Shown here: positions 27,801 to 39,121 of the stretch, piece after piece
Layout: each line of letters opens with the position of its first letter
Numbering within the stretch: the first letter of the stretch is position 1
Source of the DNA: Heterodontus francisci
Lineage: Eukaryota
Direction: 5' to 3'
Length of the DNA stretch: 64,000 nt
NCBI RefSeq assembly: GCF_036365525.1
Contig: NC_090405.1
Coordinates: 52,058,308 to 52,122,307 of the forward strand
Notes under the pieces: model-generated
What the model was told of the DNA's origin: nothing
The model's database searches: none
Seen by the model: only the letters and a program-made list of their open reading frames with translations
Made by a program: the position numbers and the translations under genes

Positions 27801-30800
27801 GGAGCATGTGGAGCATAAACATCAGCCGTGTGTCCTGTTTCAGTGCTATGTAATTACCAGCCTATGTGATTCAATACACACAGTGCAGTAATTTTACCAA
27901 CTGACCCACACACTTCCGTACATCGAGGCAGATAGAAGAAAACCGTTTTGAGACCTTGTTTCCTCCTTTAAAATGATCTTGACAACCTTCCTCTTTTGTC
28001 CAAACTTTTGGTCATCTGCCAGAATATCTCCTTATGTGGCTCGGAGTCAGATTTTGTTTGATAACGCTCCTGTGAAGCGCTTTAGGATGGTTTGCTACAT
28101 TAAAGGCGCTACACAAATGCAAGTTGTTGTTGTTGAGATGGATTTGCTGGAAAGACCCTGGAGGGCTGTCAGCACAAAACCCGGCACTTACCAAAAAATA
28201 GTCACGGAAAAACTCGGGCAGCTCCATGCTGATGAGGTCATCATCCAAGGGCAGCAGGTAAAAGGCCCACTCATCGAAGGTTACATCTGAAATCAGCCAA
28301 CATGAAGTGTAAACCAATTAAAAGATAATATAAAACAATTTAATAATTTGTTTCCCATTTGCTCCCTTTTCCTGGTACTTAGCCCCTAACCCAGATCTTT
28401 CCTAGTCTTTCAATCTTGACTGGTCCATTTCCTGTCATGTTGCAAATGAGGATTAAGGCCATGTGCAGTCTTCAGTTGAAGCAGGGCTAGGGGGACAGTC
28501 GATAATCAGACCAGGGCCTCAAGGTGCAATTCCATCCCCATTTTCAAATCACACATTCAGTCCTTATTTTATTCTTTTTCATATTTATAATGGAATCTGC
28601 CCATGTAAACTTGTCACTCTGCACCTGCACGCCAGAGGTGGCGCAGCATTATAAATGTGGATGTAGAAAACGTCGACAGGAAGATTCTATACAGTATGTG
28701 CATTAAGTATCAGCCTTGGCTCACCCTCACCCGAGTCAAAAGGTCATGGGTTCAACCCCACTCCAGATATTTGAACACAAAATCTAGGCTGACACGCCAG
28801 TGCAGTATCGAGGGAGCGCTGCACTGTTAGAGGTGCTGTCTTTTGGATGAAATGTTAAACTAAGGCCCCTTCCGCCCTCTCAGGTGGACGTAAAAGATCC
28901 CATGGCACCAAATGAAAAGCTGGGGAATTCTCTCCAGTGTTCTGGCTAAATTTTACAGCCCAACCAACATCACCAAAACAGATTACCTGGTCATTCATCT
29001 CTTTGCTGTCTATGGGATATTGTTGTGTGCACATTAACTTCTGTGTTTGCTTACACTACAACAGTGGCTACACTTCAAAAGCTCTTTGTGGTATTACCTC
29101 AGTGAGACTGTTAACATGAAAAATATAAGATATGAACCCCCAGACCAATTTAAAGAATTGCATTAGAAGATTCCACATTTTAAGACTTTTATTGTAACAA
29201 CTAAACTAAAAGAAATCCCCATTAACTGAACAGTACTTTGTAAGTAGCTGATACCTACAAATTTACAAAGGTATTTTCTTTACTTATTAAAATACTTGAA
29301 AACCTCACAACACTTATACGTTACACAGACGTATGGAGAAATCTTTGCGGTTAACAGTCCCAAACTCCTCTCAGTTGCAATGGGTTGGATCTCCCAGACC
29401 TTTTCAAAGCCAATGTCCGAGCACTTCCGACCTGGACGTCCGTGAATAAGGCGATTCCTAGTGATCCTGTTGGGCTTTTGCTTCTTTGCAAACTTCAACT
29501 TTCAAAACAGGTTCAAGTCTTCGCAGCCTTTCACTGGATCAGGCTTCCAAGAGTAGGTGTTCCCAATCTCTCTCTCTCTCTCGAGGCTGGCACCACGGGT
29601 TGTCTTCATTTCTTACTGCCTGCTTTGAGGCCACCACCACTGGTTTCCTTTCTTACAGCCTCCTCTGAGGTTGCTACTGCTGGTCTTCAGTACAGCCCAT
29701 CTGCCTTCAGAAAGTCTGTTAAATTTATCTGGAATCAAAAGTCAATAGTTCATTGTCCTTTTCCAATACGCAAAATGCGGAAGTCTGGTTTCAGCCAAGC
29801 CACCTGGGTCTTGCATTATTCCCAGGTGTTAACAGCTGCCTGGTGTATTTGCTTCCTCAGATTCACTGACCCCTTGTTTACAACCTGAAAGTCTGGGAGA
29901 GTGAAACCCATTGTTCTTCAGGTGTTCCCCCTACAGTCTGTTTTTCCAAAAAAGTCTTTGGTCTGTCTTCTCTGTTGTCCTGGTAACCAAGATTTCTGTT
30001 GTGTCCTTAAGTAGAGTGGAGGTGAGGTCACCTGACTTCTCTGACTCATCTTAAACTTTTAAAAATCTTAGTTTTTAAAACATAATCAGATTACAAAGTC
30101 CAGCATTCATTACACTTTAGGATGTCCTGAGGACAGGAAAGGAGCTATGTAAATGCAAGTTCTTCCCTTCCTCTCTACTTTTCCATGCTGAGAAAATGCA
30201 CCCATTTCCAAAGGCCATTTTAGTAACCGAGTGAATGAAAGACAAAGGCTACCCAAATGCCCCTCCTGAAGCTGTCTTTTCTATAGGAAATAGAGACTTG
30301 CATTTGCACAGCATCTCATCACAGAACTCAGAAAGATCGTAAATATTGCACACATGAATGCATTTCTAAGCCCAGAGGCAAGCAGGCAGACATTCTGCAC
30401 ACAGCAGAAACCCGCAATTATCAAGGAGATGATTGACTATATTTTTTCTTCATCGTGTTTTTTTGGTGGTTTTGATCAATGGTGAAATGCTGGTCAGGGC
30501 ACCGGAGAAATTCCTTGCTCTTCTTCCAACAGCGTTATAGGGATCCAACAACCTGAAACACAGGAATGGCGAACTAGGTCTCGGTTTAATGCCCCCCCGC
30601 CCCCGAGAAAGACAACACCTCTGGCAGGCAGGTCTCCCTCATTACTGCACTGTGTCAGCCTAGTACTCAAATTGGGCACAATACTTGAACCCACAAACTT
30701 CCTTCCCTGTGCTGCCCACTGAGCCAGGAAAATACAGATCACAATTTTGCAAAAACAAAGGAGGATGAAAGCGTGCTTACCTCCGAAGATCCCCTCCTGC

Positions 30801-33800
30801 TCCAACACAGTCTCACACATAAAGAACTGAAAAACAAGACAGGTTACATAGCGGATCCCCTTCACCACATTACCACACTCACAGCCATGACAATTCACTA
30901 CTACCAGACGCATACCCTGGGCACTGCTACTGTATCAGATTACTGTCAGATGCATTTTTAAAATTTCATTCTCGGGATGTGGGCGTCACTGGCAATTTGT
31001 TGCCCATCCCTTAGCTGCTGATGAGCTTTCTTAAACCGCTGCAGTCAGTGCAGCTTTCAGTCCTATTGGGTTGGGAATTCCAGGATTTTGGAATAGTGTA
31101 TGACTTAGAGAGGGACTTGGAAGTGATGCACCTACTGCCCTTGTCCTTCAAGGCTGGTGGAAGCCATGGGTTTGGGAGGTGCTGTCGAAGAAGCCTTGGT
31201 GAGTTGCTGCAAAGTTACAATAACTTTATTACTTTGGGCACACACCAGGAGCTGTTAGCTGTCCACAGCAAACACAGAGTTCGCAGCCGCACATAGAAAT
31301 ACAAACAGCTTGACCCAAACCACCTTCTACTGGAGACAGCAATGATCCACTATGTGTGTGTCTTGTGAAAATGCCATTGGTTTCACTAGCTGTGTTTTTG
31401 ACTAGCAAAATGAGAAATAAAACGAGGGTGGAGGAGCAGTACCAGGAAGCTAGGCTAGTGTCACTCACTGGAAACTGGAGCATCAACTCACAGCCAAAAG
31501 CAGCAATCTGAAATCTGCAAGTACAAAAACCCCAAGTGAGCAAGCATCTGGTTGGGTTTCTCCTCATACTCTTCAAAATTTGATTTTTTTGATTTAGAGA
31601 TACAGCACTGAAACAGGCCCTTCGGCCCACCGAGTCTGTGCCGACCATTAACCACCCATTTATACTAATCCTACACTAATCCCATATTCCTACCACATCC
31701 TCACCTGTCCCTCTGTTCCCCTACCACCTACAAGTACTGGGGGCAATTTATAATGGCCAATTTATCTATCAACCTGCAAGTCTTTTGGCTGTGGGAGGAA
31801 ACCGGAGCACCCGGAGGAAACCCACGCAGACACAGGGAGAACTTGCAAACTCCACACAGGCAGTACCTGGAATTGAACCCGGGTCGCTGGAGCTGTGAGG
31901 CTGAAGTTGGCCAGTCAACACCAAAATTTAACCTGCCAGCTCCCTGGTCTGTACGTTTATGTTTCTCTATCACACCTTGCTCTGCTGTGACCCTCGTTAA
32001 CCCAAGACAGCTGAGGACTTTGGCTCCGTCCTGTCTGTTCACCTTTTGAGGAGTGAATATGATCTTGTATTTGCGCAGCCTGGCACCAGCTTTATCTGCG
32101 TTGACGATTTCTGGAAAGAGAAAGAATCACATGCTATCGGTAACACTAATACTGCGTTTATAAGTACAGGGGCAAGCAATGTCCCCATCAACAATTTAAA
32201 AATTGAAGCAAAAGACACTCATCGTCCAATTCGATTATTCTGTTGTATATGCCATTAATGGTAGTCACAAGGTGTGTCATCAATCATATGAGCAAATTTA
32301 CCTTCTAAAACATTAAACTAACACCCTGTCTGGACGCTCAGGAAGATGTTAAAAAAAATCCCATGGCACTAATCAAAGAGGGAAGTTCGCCTAGATATGC
32401 TGGCTAGTATTTATACCTCACCCTCCACCGAAAAATGGGTTATCTGTTCATTACCTCATTGCTGTTTGTAGGACCTTGCTGTGGGAAAATTGGCTAACAA
32501 CGTTTCAAAAGCAATTCACTGTGAAGCACTTTGTGATGTAACAAAATTGTGAAAGGCACGATGGAAATACAAGATTGCTCCTTCTTGCAGCTGGGCTATG
32601 AAGATATTATGTATAATTCTGGATACCTGTATGCTTTTTTATTGTAATTAACCATGGGAATCCTTTCGCAAAAGCTGACACATTGGATAACAGCACATTT
32701 GGGAAAAGAGGTAACCTTGTAGGACATATGAATACTGTTCAGTGGATGTGGAAGCTTGTTGCTGCAACACTTTGGTAAACTAACATGCTGCTCCACCTTG
32801 TGGTAAGTTGTGGATTTGAAGCTCTGAATCGCTTCCAAGTTAGCTCCCAAACTCAAGTGACTCCACAGAAGCTACCAACTGCTTTTCTGCAAATTGGGAA
32901 AGAAAACTGTGGGAAGTAATCAATCTAAAACACTATTTTATTTGCTAGTAGCTAGTCCACAAGTCTGGGCTCAAGATTAGTGCATGGTACAAAATCAAAT
33001 ACACAGACAATTTAAGGCAGCGTGTGAGCTCCCATACCTGCAATATGCTTCACACTGGCAATCCGAGGTCGGACCAGGAAACACAATCTGTGAAAGAAAA
33101 CAGATAATGATACATCAAGCAAACATTCAGGATTCAGGAATCACCAACATAATGAACAGAAGTTCAACCTCACTGTCAACCCACATTATACCACCAGCAC
33201 TCCCCCACAGACACCATCCCACACGCGCTGACCCTCTCCTCCTCAAAAGACAGTGGAATTAGAGTCTTTAAATATCTTTAAGACAGAGGTAGATAGATTC
33301 TTGATAAGCAAGGGGGTGAAGGGTTATCGGGGGCAGGCGGGAATATGGAGTCGAGGTTTCAATCAGATCAGCCATGATTTTATTGAATAGCAGAGCAGAC
33401 TCAAGGGGCCAAGTGGCCTACTCCTGCTCCTAATTCCAATGTTCGAATCCCGGTAATCGCCCACAGACACGCGCGCTGGCCCTCTCCTCCCGGGCGCATT
33501 GGGTAATACTCACTGGTCGCTTACTCCCTGAACCATTTTATTTTCCAACTTGAACAACTTCTCCACATCATGTTGCTGCAAAGCAAACAGAAAAATGGTA
33601 ACCGACCATCTCTAGATCATTTATTCAGAGTCATTATGGCACAGGAGGCCGCCATTCGGTCCACAGAGCCCATGCTGGCTCTCTGTAGAGGAAACCAGTC
33701 AGTCCCATTCCCCCGTTCTATCCCCGTAGCCCTGGAAGTTTATTTCCCTTCAAGTTCCCCATCCAATTTTGTTTTGAAATCATTCATCGTCTCTGCTTCC

Positions 33801-36800
33801 ACCATCCTCATAGGCAGCGAGTTCCAGGTCATTACCACTCACTGTGTAAAAAAAGTTCTCTTCACATCCCCCACTGCATCTTTTTCCCAAAACTTTCAAT
33901 CTATATCCCTTGGTCCTTTTACCATCAGCTAACAGGAGCAGATTTTCTTTGTTTACCTCTTTTAAACTTGTCATAATCTTGTACACCTCCATTAAATCTC
34001 CCTCAATCTCCTTTGCTCCAAGGAGAGCAACCCCAGCTTCTTCAACCTAACCTTGTAACTAATATCTCTCATCCATGGAACCACCCTGGTAAATCTTCTC
34101 TGCACCCTCGCACGGCCCCTCACATCCTTCCTAAAGTGTGGTGACCAAAACTGGATACAAAACTCCAGTTGTGGCCTAACCAGAGCTTTATATAAGTTCA
34201 GCATAACCTCCCTGCTTTTGTATTCTATGTCTATTTATGAAGCTCACAATCCCTTATGCTTTGCTAACCACTCTCTCAACAGGGGGTGAAAGGTTATTGG
34301 GGGTAGGCAGGAATGTGGACTTGAGGTTATAATCTGATCAGCCATGATCTTATTGAATGGTGGAGAAGGCTCGAGGGGCCGAGTGACCTACTCCTGCTCC
34401 TAATTCGTATATTCATATGTCCTGCCACCTTCAAAGATCGCTACACATGCACCCCCAGGTCCCTCTGTTCCTGCACATTCTTTAGAACTGCACTATTAAG
34501 TCTATATTGCCTCTCCCTATTCCTTCTGCCAAAATGCATCACCTCACATTTCTCTGTATTAAATTCTATCTGTCACTTATCTGTCCATTCTGCGAGTCTA
34601 TCTATGTCCTGTTGCAGTCGTTTGGTATCATCCTCACTGTCTGCCGCACCTCCAAGTTTGGTATCAGTATCATCAGCAAATTTTGAAATGTTATTCTATA
34701 TTCCAATATCTATTTATGAATATCAAAAAAGCAGTGGTCCCAGCACTGACCCTTGGGGAACACAACTGTCTACCATCCTCTGAAAAGCATCCACTTTTTT
34801 ATTTTTATTTATTCATTCATGGGATGTGGGGGTCGCTGGCTAGGCCAGCATTTATTGCCCATCCCTAATTGCCCTGACTGAGTGGCTTGCTAGGCCATTT
34901 CAGAGGGCATGTAAAAGTCAACCACATTGCTGTGGGTCTGGAGTCACATGTAGGCCAGACCAGGGTAAGGACAGCAGATTTCCTTCCCTAAAGGACATTA
35001 GCAAACCAGATGGGTTTTTACAACAATCGACAATGGTTTCATGGCCATCATTAGACTAGCTTTTTTTTTTAAATTCCAGATTTATTAATTGAATTCAAAT
35101 TCCACCTTCTGCTGTGGTGGGATTTGAACCCATGTCCCCAGAGCAATACCCTGGGTCTCTGGGTTACTAGTCCAGTGATAATACCACTACGCCACTGCCT
35201 CCCCCTCTCAGCCATGGGTTGAACAGAACCCCAAGGTTCAAACTGAGCGAGGAACCAATATTCAATTGCAAGGAAGTTCCGGCCCATTCATGTCTTAATA
35301 ACCATCAGGCAGCCTGCCAGCAGGAGGATGGTTCTGAGATTGAGAAATATAATGGAGAGGTGGAGCTGAGCCTGTAACTACGGATATCAAACAGGATTCA
35401 ACTAAAAATTGATTCTTGGGCAATTCAGAGAGGTGACAGTGCAGGAGCTATAGGAATAGCCACTGCTGGAGATCTGTTGACTGCACTGAGACAGACAAGA
35501 ATGGGCAGTCCCACCAAGGTGAAGCACAGAGGTGACAGCGGAAAAAGATGGTGCGATCGACTGTGCTGAATGTTATACAGGGATGAAAGCGGAGAATGAT
35601 GACATGGTCTTGGTGACAAAGGAATGTTGGTGCTGATGTAAGGATAGGTTCAGAGAGGGTTCACACTCAGTGGTCAAAGTGTTAACCTACCTTCAGGATG
35701 GAAACATTTGCAATGCGGTCCAGAGGGCTCATCAGATCTGCTTCGATAAACAAATCCTTCTTGCCTGGTAACTGAAAACAAGCAGATTGCATTAGAAAGG
35801 AGAGGGAATGGAAAAAAGGAACTAGCACAGCTCACTGTGTACTGAGCATGCTCATGTTCAAAATTACAGCCATGAGTACAGATAAGCATGCTATCCCGGT
35901 GTGAGTCGCTCGATTCGTCTGGCCCCCGGTCAGTCTTCTGGCCCCCTGGTCAGAGCGGGTCAGTCTCCCGGCCCCCGGGTCAGTGTGGGTCAGTCTCCCG
36001 GCCCCCGGGTCAGTCTCCCGGCCCCCGGGTCAGTGTGGGTCAGTCTCCCGGCCCCTGGTTAGGGAGGGTCAGTCTCCTGGCCCGGGTCAGTCTCCCGGAC
36101 CCCCGGTTAATGAGGGTCAGTCTCCCAGACCCCCGGTCAGTGAGGGTCAGTCTCCCAGACCCCCGGTCAGTGAGGGTCAGTCTCCCTGCCCCCGGGTCAG
36201 TGTGGGTCAGTCTCCCGGACCCCCGGTCAGTGAGGGTCAGTCTCCTGGCCCCCGGGTCAGTGTGGGTCAGTCTCCCGGACCCCCGGTCAGTGAGGGTGTC
36301 TCCTGGTCCCCGAGTGAGGGTCAGTCTCCCGGACCCCTGGTCAATGAGGGTCAGTCTCCCGGCCCCCGGGTCAGTGAGGGTCAGTCTCCCGGACCCCCGG
36401 GTCAGTGAAGGTCAGTCTCCCGGACCCCCGGTCAGTGAGGGTGTCTCCTGGCCCCCGAGTGAGGGTCAGTCTCCCGGACCCCGGTCAGTGAGGGTGTCTC
36501 CTGGCCCCCGAGTGAGGGTCAGTCTCCCGGACCCCTGGTCAGTGGTCAGTCTCCCGGCCCCCGGGTCAGTCTCCCGGACCCCCCCAGTCAGTGAGTCAGT
36601 CTCCTGGCCCCCGGGTCAGTGAGGGTCAGTCTCCCGGCCCCCGGGTCAGTGAAGGTCAGTCTCCCGGCCCCCGGGTCAGTGAAGGTCAGTCTCCCGGCCC
36701 CCGGGTCAGTGAAGGTCAGTCTCCCGGACCCCCGGTCAGTGAGGGTGTCTCCTGGCCCCCGAGTGAGGGTCAGTCTCCCGGCCCCCGGGTCAGTCTCCCG

Positions 36801-37400
36801 GACCCCCCCAGTCAGTGAGTCAGTCTCCCGGCCCCCGGGTCACTGAGGGTCAGTCTCCCGGCCCCCGGGTCACTGAGGGTCAGTCTCCCGGCCCCCGGGT
36901 CACTGAGGGTCAGTCTCCCGGCCCCCGGGTCACTGAAGGTCAGTCTCCCGGCCCCCGGGTCACTGAAGGTCAGTCTCCCGGCCCCCGGGTCAGTGAAGGT
37001 CAGTCTCCCGGCCCCCGGGTCAGTGAGGGTCAGTCTCCCGGCCCCCGGGTCAGTGAGGGTCAGTCTCCCGGACCCCGGGTCAGTGAAGGTCAGTCTCCCG
37101 GACCCCCGGGTCAGTGAGGGTCAGTCTCCCGGCCCCCGGGTCAGTGAAGGTCAGTCTCCCGGACCCCGGGTCAGTGAGGGTGTCTCCTGGCCCCCGAGTG
37201 AGGGTCAGTCTCCCGGACCCCTGGTCAGTGGTCAGTCTCCCGGCCCCCCGGTCAGTCTCCCAGACCCCCGGGTCAGTCTCTCTGGCCCAGTGAGGGTCAG
37301 TGTCGCTCACCTGCTCCAGTAAGTAGATGAGCTGATCCCGGGCGAGCCGCTTCAAGATGTCGAAGTCCGGCGGCTCCGGAGCGTCCCAACGACCTGCCAT
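3730..37400 (-). CDS. VPS33B: Vacuolar protein sorting 33B (Sec1/Munc18 family, CHEVI complex); 23 coding exons, 1848 nt, 615 aa
   Basis: All 23 exons located with GT/AG boundaries and compatible phases; lengths sum to 1848 nt with no internal stop. Recognisable VPS33B peptides, e.g. [36 protein letters not shown] and [23 protein letters not shown]. Confidence 0.97.
4820..4936 (-). CDS. VPS33B: VPS33B exon 22 (117 nt)
   Basis: tag|[38 protein letters not shown]|gtaaca. Confidence 0.95.
5402..5477 (-). CDS. VPS33B: VPS33B exon 21 (76 nt)
   Basis: cag|[25 protein letters not shown]|gtaagt. Confidence 0.94.
6091..6192 (-). CDS. VPS33B: VPS33B exon 20 (102 nt)
   Basis: cag|[34 protein letters not shown]|gtatgt. 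Confidence 0.95.
6843..6916 (-). CDS. VPS33B: VPS33B exon 19 (74 nt)
   Basis: cag|[24 protein letters not shown]|gtaagc. Confidence 0.95.
8164..8296 (-). CDS. VPS33B: VPS33B exon 18 (133 nt)
   Basis: cag|[44 protein letters not shown]|gtaagg. Confidence 0.95.
10960..11710 (+). mobile_element. Old L2-type LINE fragment
   Basis: [20 protein letters not shown]-like remnant. Confidence 0.6.
11783..12614. mobile_element. Possible solo LTR or other insertion
   Basis: TGTTT...AAACA ends; flanks ctta and cttg (imperfect TSD). Confidence 0.3.
14336..14382 (-). CDS. VPS33B: VPS33B exon 17 (47 nt)
   Basis: cag|[15 protein letters not shown]|gtaggc. Confidence 0.94.
14545..14950 (+). mobile_element. 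CR1 LINE 3' fragment
   Basis: [23 protein letters not shown]...FKKKLDKYL. Confidence 0.8.
15690..16750 (+). mobile_element. CR1 LINE 3' portion (RT C-terminus and 3'UTR), frameshifted
   Basis: [18 protein letters not shown]...KFADNTK...WQMEYNVGK...RDLGVLV. Confidence 0.92.
17092..17146 (-). CDS. VPS33B: VPS33B exon 16 (55 nt)
   Basis: cag|[18 protein letters not shown]|gtgagt. Confidence 0.94.
17954..18018 (-). CDS. VPS33B: VPS33B exon 15 (65 nt)
   Basis: cag|[21 protein letters not shown]|gtacgt. Confidence 0.94.
18468..19220 (-). mobile_element. CR1 LINE 3' portion
   Basis: [13 protein letters not shown]...[10 protein letters not shown] and [15 protein letters not shown]...[11 protein letters not shown]. 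Confidence 0.92.
19467..19541 (-). CDS. VPS33B: VPS33B exon 14 (75 nt)
   Basis: tag|[24 protein letters not shown]|gtatga. Confidence 0.95.
20763..20868 (-). mobile_element. Short PLE terminal fragment with 12-bp TSD
   Basis: TSD attactatacta at 20751-20762 and 20869-20880; sequence near-identical to the shared part of the 40454-40546 insert. Confidence 0.8.
21341..21431 (-). CDS. VPS33B: VPS33B exon 13 (91 nt)
   Basis: cag|[30 protein letters not shown]|gtaagt. Confidence 0.95.
22510..22596 (-). CDS. VPS33B: VPS33B exon 12 (87 nt)
   Basis: cag|[29 protein letters not shown]|gtgagt. Confidence 0.95.
22785..23275 (-). mobile_element. CR1 LINE 3' fragment
   Basis: [13 protein letters not shown] and YKIMTGLDK...TRGHRLK...NFFTQQVV. 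Confidence 0.85.
24150..24285 (+). mobile_element. Decayed PLE terminal fragment
   Basis: gtgatga...cctgaaacattaactgtttctctctccacagatgctgccagacc; same family as the other PLE termini, core mutated. Confidence 0.65.
24740..24813 (-). CDS. VPS33B: VPS33B exon 11 (74 nt)
   Basis: cag|[24 protein letters not shown]|gtgagt. Confidence 0.95.
25511..25588 (-). CDS. VPS33B: VPS33B exon 10 (78 nt)
   Basis: tag|[25 protein letters not shown]|gtgagt. Confidence 0.95.
26272..26368 (-). CDS. VPS33B: VPS33B exon 9 (97 nt)
   Basis: tag|[32 protein letters not shown]|gtgctg. Confidence 0.92.
26530..26797. repeat. ~69-bp tandem repeat (GGGGTTAGATACAGAGTAAAGCTCCCTCTACACTGTCCCCATCAAACACTCCCAGGACAGG..), ~4 units
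   Basis: Visible directly. Confidence 0.9.
27442..27546 (-). CDS. VPS33B: VPS33B exon 8 (105 nt)
   Basis: cag|[35 protein letters not shown]|gtaatg. Confidence 0.95.
28192..28286 (-). CDS. VPS33B: VPS33B exon 7 (95 nt)
   Basis: cag|[31 protein letters not shown]|gtaagt. Confidence 0.95.
29087..30114 (-). mobile_element. Probable solo LTR nested inside a SINE
   Basis: TG...CA ends; flanking ctt repeated; the SINE at 28710-29086 resumes at 30115; AATAAA on the minus strand near 29190. Confidence 0.6.
30781..30826 (-). CDS. VPS33B: VPS33B exon 6 (46 nt)
   Basis: cag|[15 protein letters not shown]|gtaagc. Confidence 0.93.
32043..32110 (-). CDS. VPS33B: VPS33B exon 5 (68 nt)
   Basis: cag|[22 protein letters not shown]|gtgaac. 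Confidence 0.93.
33038..33087 (-). CDS. VPS33B: VPS33B exon 4 (50 nt)
   Basis: cag|[16 protein letters not shown]|gtatgg. Confidence 0.93.
33514..33575 (-). CDS. VPS33B: VPS33B exon 3 (62 nt)
   Basis: cag|[20 protein letters not shown]|gtgagt. Confidence 0.93.
33617..34790 (-). mobile_element. CR1 LINE 3' portion, interrupted at ~34282-34415 by an opposite-strand CR1 tail
   Basis: [20 protein letters not shown]...RVQRRFTR and EVYKIM ORF fragments. Confidence 0.88.
35691..35771 (-). CDS. VPS33B: VPS33B exon 2 (81 nt)
   Basis: cag|[27 protein letters not shown]|gtagg. Confidence 0.95.
35923..37302. repeat. 30-bp GC-rich minisatellite (GGGTCAGTGAGGGTCAGTCTCCCGGCCCCC), roughly 40 variant units, VPS33B intron 1
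   Basis: Tandem array visible directly; produces the repetitive [10 protein letters not shown] ORFs. Confidence 0.97.
37311..37400 (-). CDS. VPS33B: VPS33B exon 1 (90 nt)
   Basis: [30 protein letters not shown], then donor gtgagc. Confidence 0.95.
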
Positions 37401-37515
37401 CTTCTCCCAGAGAACTGTTTCCGGGGTCACCACCGCCACTTCCGGTGGAGTCTCTTAGCAACAGGAGTAGAGGCTTCCCCTGGAGCTAGGCCTCTCAGTG
37501 CGGGCGATGGCGCTT
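37395..37515 (-). promoter_or_regulatory. VPS33B proximal promoter / 5'UTR motifs
   Basis: CpG-rich; ETS/GABP core CCGGAAGT (~37439-37446), RFX-like GTTGCTAAGAGAC (~37450-37462), YY1-like AAGATGGC overlapping the ATG. Confidence 0.55.
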
Positions 37516-39121
37516 TTCTAATTCATCATTATTCACAGCCCGCTCGGGGGAGTTTATTCTGCTTCTGTTTACAACTCTGGCCATTCTCCTTGTGTGGGGA
37601 AGAAACTGGGACATCTTCTGAACTCAACCCTCTCCTCAGCTCTGGCTACAGCCAGATACTTTGCAGTAGCACTCACTAGATAGTGATCAGAGCAGAGCCT
37701 GGCTCATGGTGTTTTGTATTAGTCTTCTCTAACTCACTGTCACTGAGGCCATTTTACCGCTCCCCTTATCATTACCCCAACTGCGACCACAACACAGCCC
37801 AGGAACATCAGGTCACCATTGCTGTGTTACACAGTGAGCCAACAGGAGAGGTGTGCCTCACTCATAAACAAAAACACAGCTCCATTTACTTTACTTTTCC
37901 ATTCTGAGTCAATTTTTCAGCATAATTCCTTTTCCTAACATTTTCTCAATGTTGACGACACCGGGTCAGCCCTGGAAGCATGTTAAAGCTGACATTAGAT
38001 ATTGATGTGCCCAGGTACCAACTTACAGGGTTATCGTTCATCAAGTTTGTCCTCACACAGAGGTTTCACAGTAATGGGTGTTGAAAATGTCTAAGTCTAA
38101 AAGCATGGGTCAAACATTTGAGGATCAAGGTTGACATGTCTAAGAAAGCAATTTTCTTTTTCTCCCATTTGAAGGGATGGCAGTTGAGGTACTATGGTTG
38201 ACCGGAGCTAGGTTTGCTGCTCCTGATCGCTGGAATGTGCGGTCACTGTAGGAGGAAAGGTCTGATCTTAGCAGTGTTGTCTCCTCAAAAAAATGCCTCC
38301 TGACAATTTAGACTAACAGATGGAAAATGATCACCCCAGTGACAAACAGGAGAATTGTTTCAATCTGCGGAACTCGAGTCACCACCGGGAAACAAGAATG
38401 ATTGGTAAAAAAGGAAAGAATGGATTCTTTGTAGTTAGGGACAAAAATACACAAACTGATTTACTTTTCAACCATCTTCCCTGGGAAGAGGTAAGCAATG
38501 TCCTTTTAGTTTCAAGATGCCATATCTGCATATGGAAATTCTGTGCGGGATTTGGCGTGAGCCAGGCAGATATTCTAAAGTATGATTGACCAGCTAGACT
38601 AGCTCTTTAATTCCACCCAGTGAACCTGTCAATGGCCACTGGGATTCTCCTCACTCAGCTCCACATACTCCCACAATCCCATGCCTGTTTGGGTGATTCT
38701 GCTTGGAAAGGCATCAGGAGGCTTACCAGTGATCTGTGCTGGTTAGCTGGGCAGTTTTAGCCCACAGAGGTACTTCACTGATGAGGCTGAGGATCCCTCA
38801 GCCTTAGGTCTTTAAACGGGTGCGTAAGCTCTCTTCATTTAGGTGAGTGGACTGTTTCTATACACAATAAATACACTCTCTTATCTGGCAAACAGAAATT
38901 CTTCTTGTGTGGATTCCTTGACAATTTAGTGTGAATACTCAATCACGGAGCTGGGTTTCCACGTGTTGGGCAAAACAAATTTATAAAGAAACTCCCTCCC
39001 AAATAAAATGTACCTGCTATCAAGAGCTTTGAGGATGAAAAATAGAAGATTTTATAGACCCATTACTTCTAATACATCCTTTAGAATCAAATTGCACAGA
39101 TGAACAAAAAGTAAAGTACAT

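Noticed and set aside
35888-37322. Long + strand ORFs (up to 244 aa) with [10 protein letters not shown] / RVSLPAPGS repeats
   Set aside because: Translations of the stop-free 30-bp minisatellite, antisense within VPS33B intron 1; no coding evidence.
37401-37439. N-terminal extension of VPS33B ([13 protein letters not shown] in the ORF track)
   Set aside because: Starts at a non-ATG codon; the ATG at 37400 has strong context (AAGATGG) and a VPS33B-like N-terminus.
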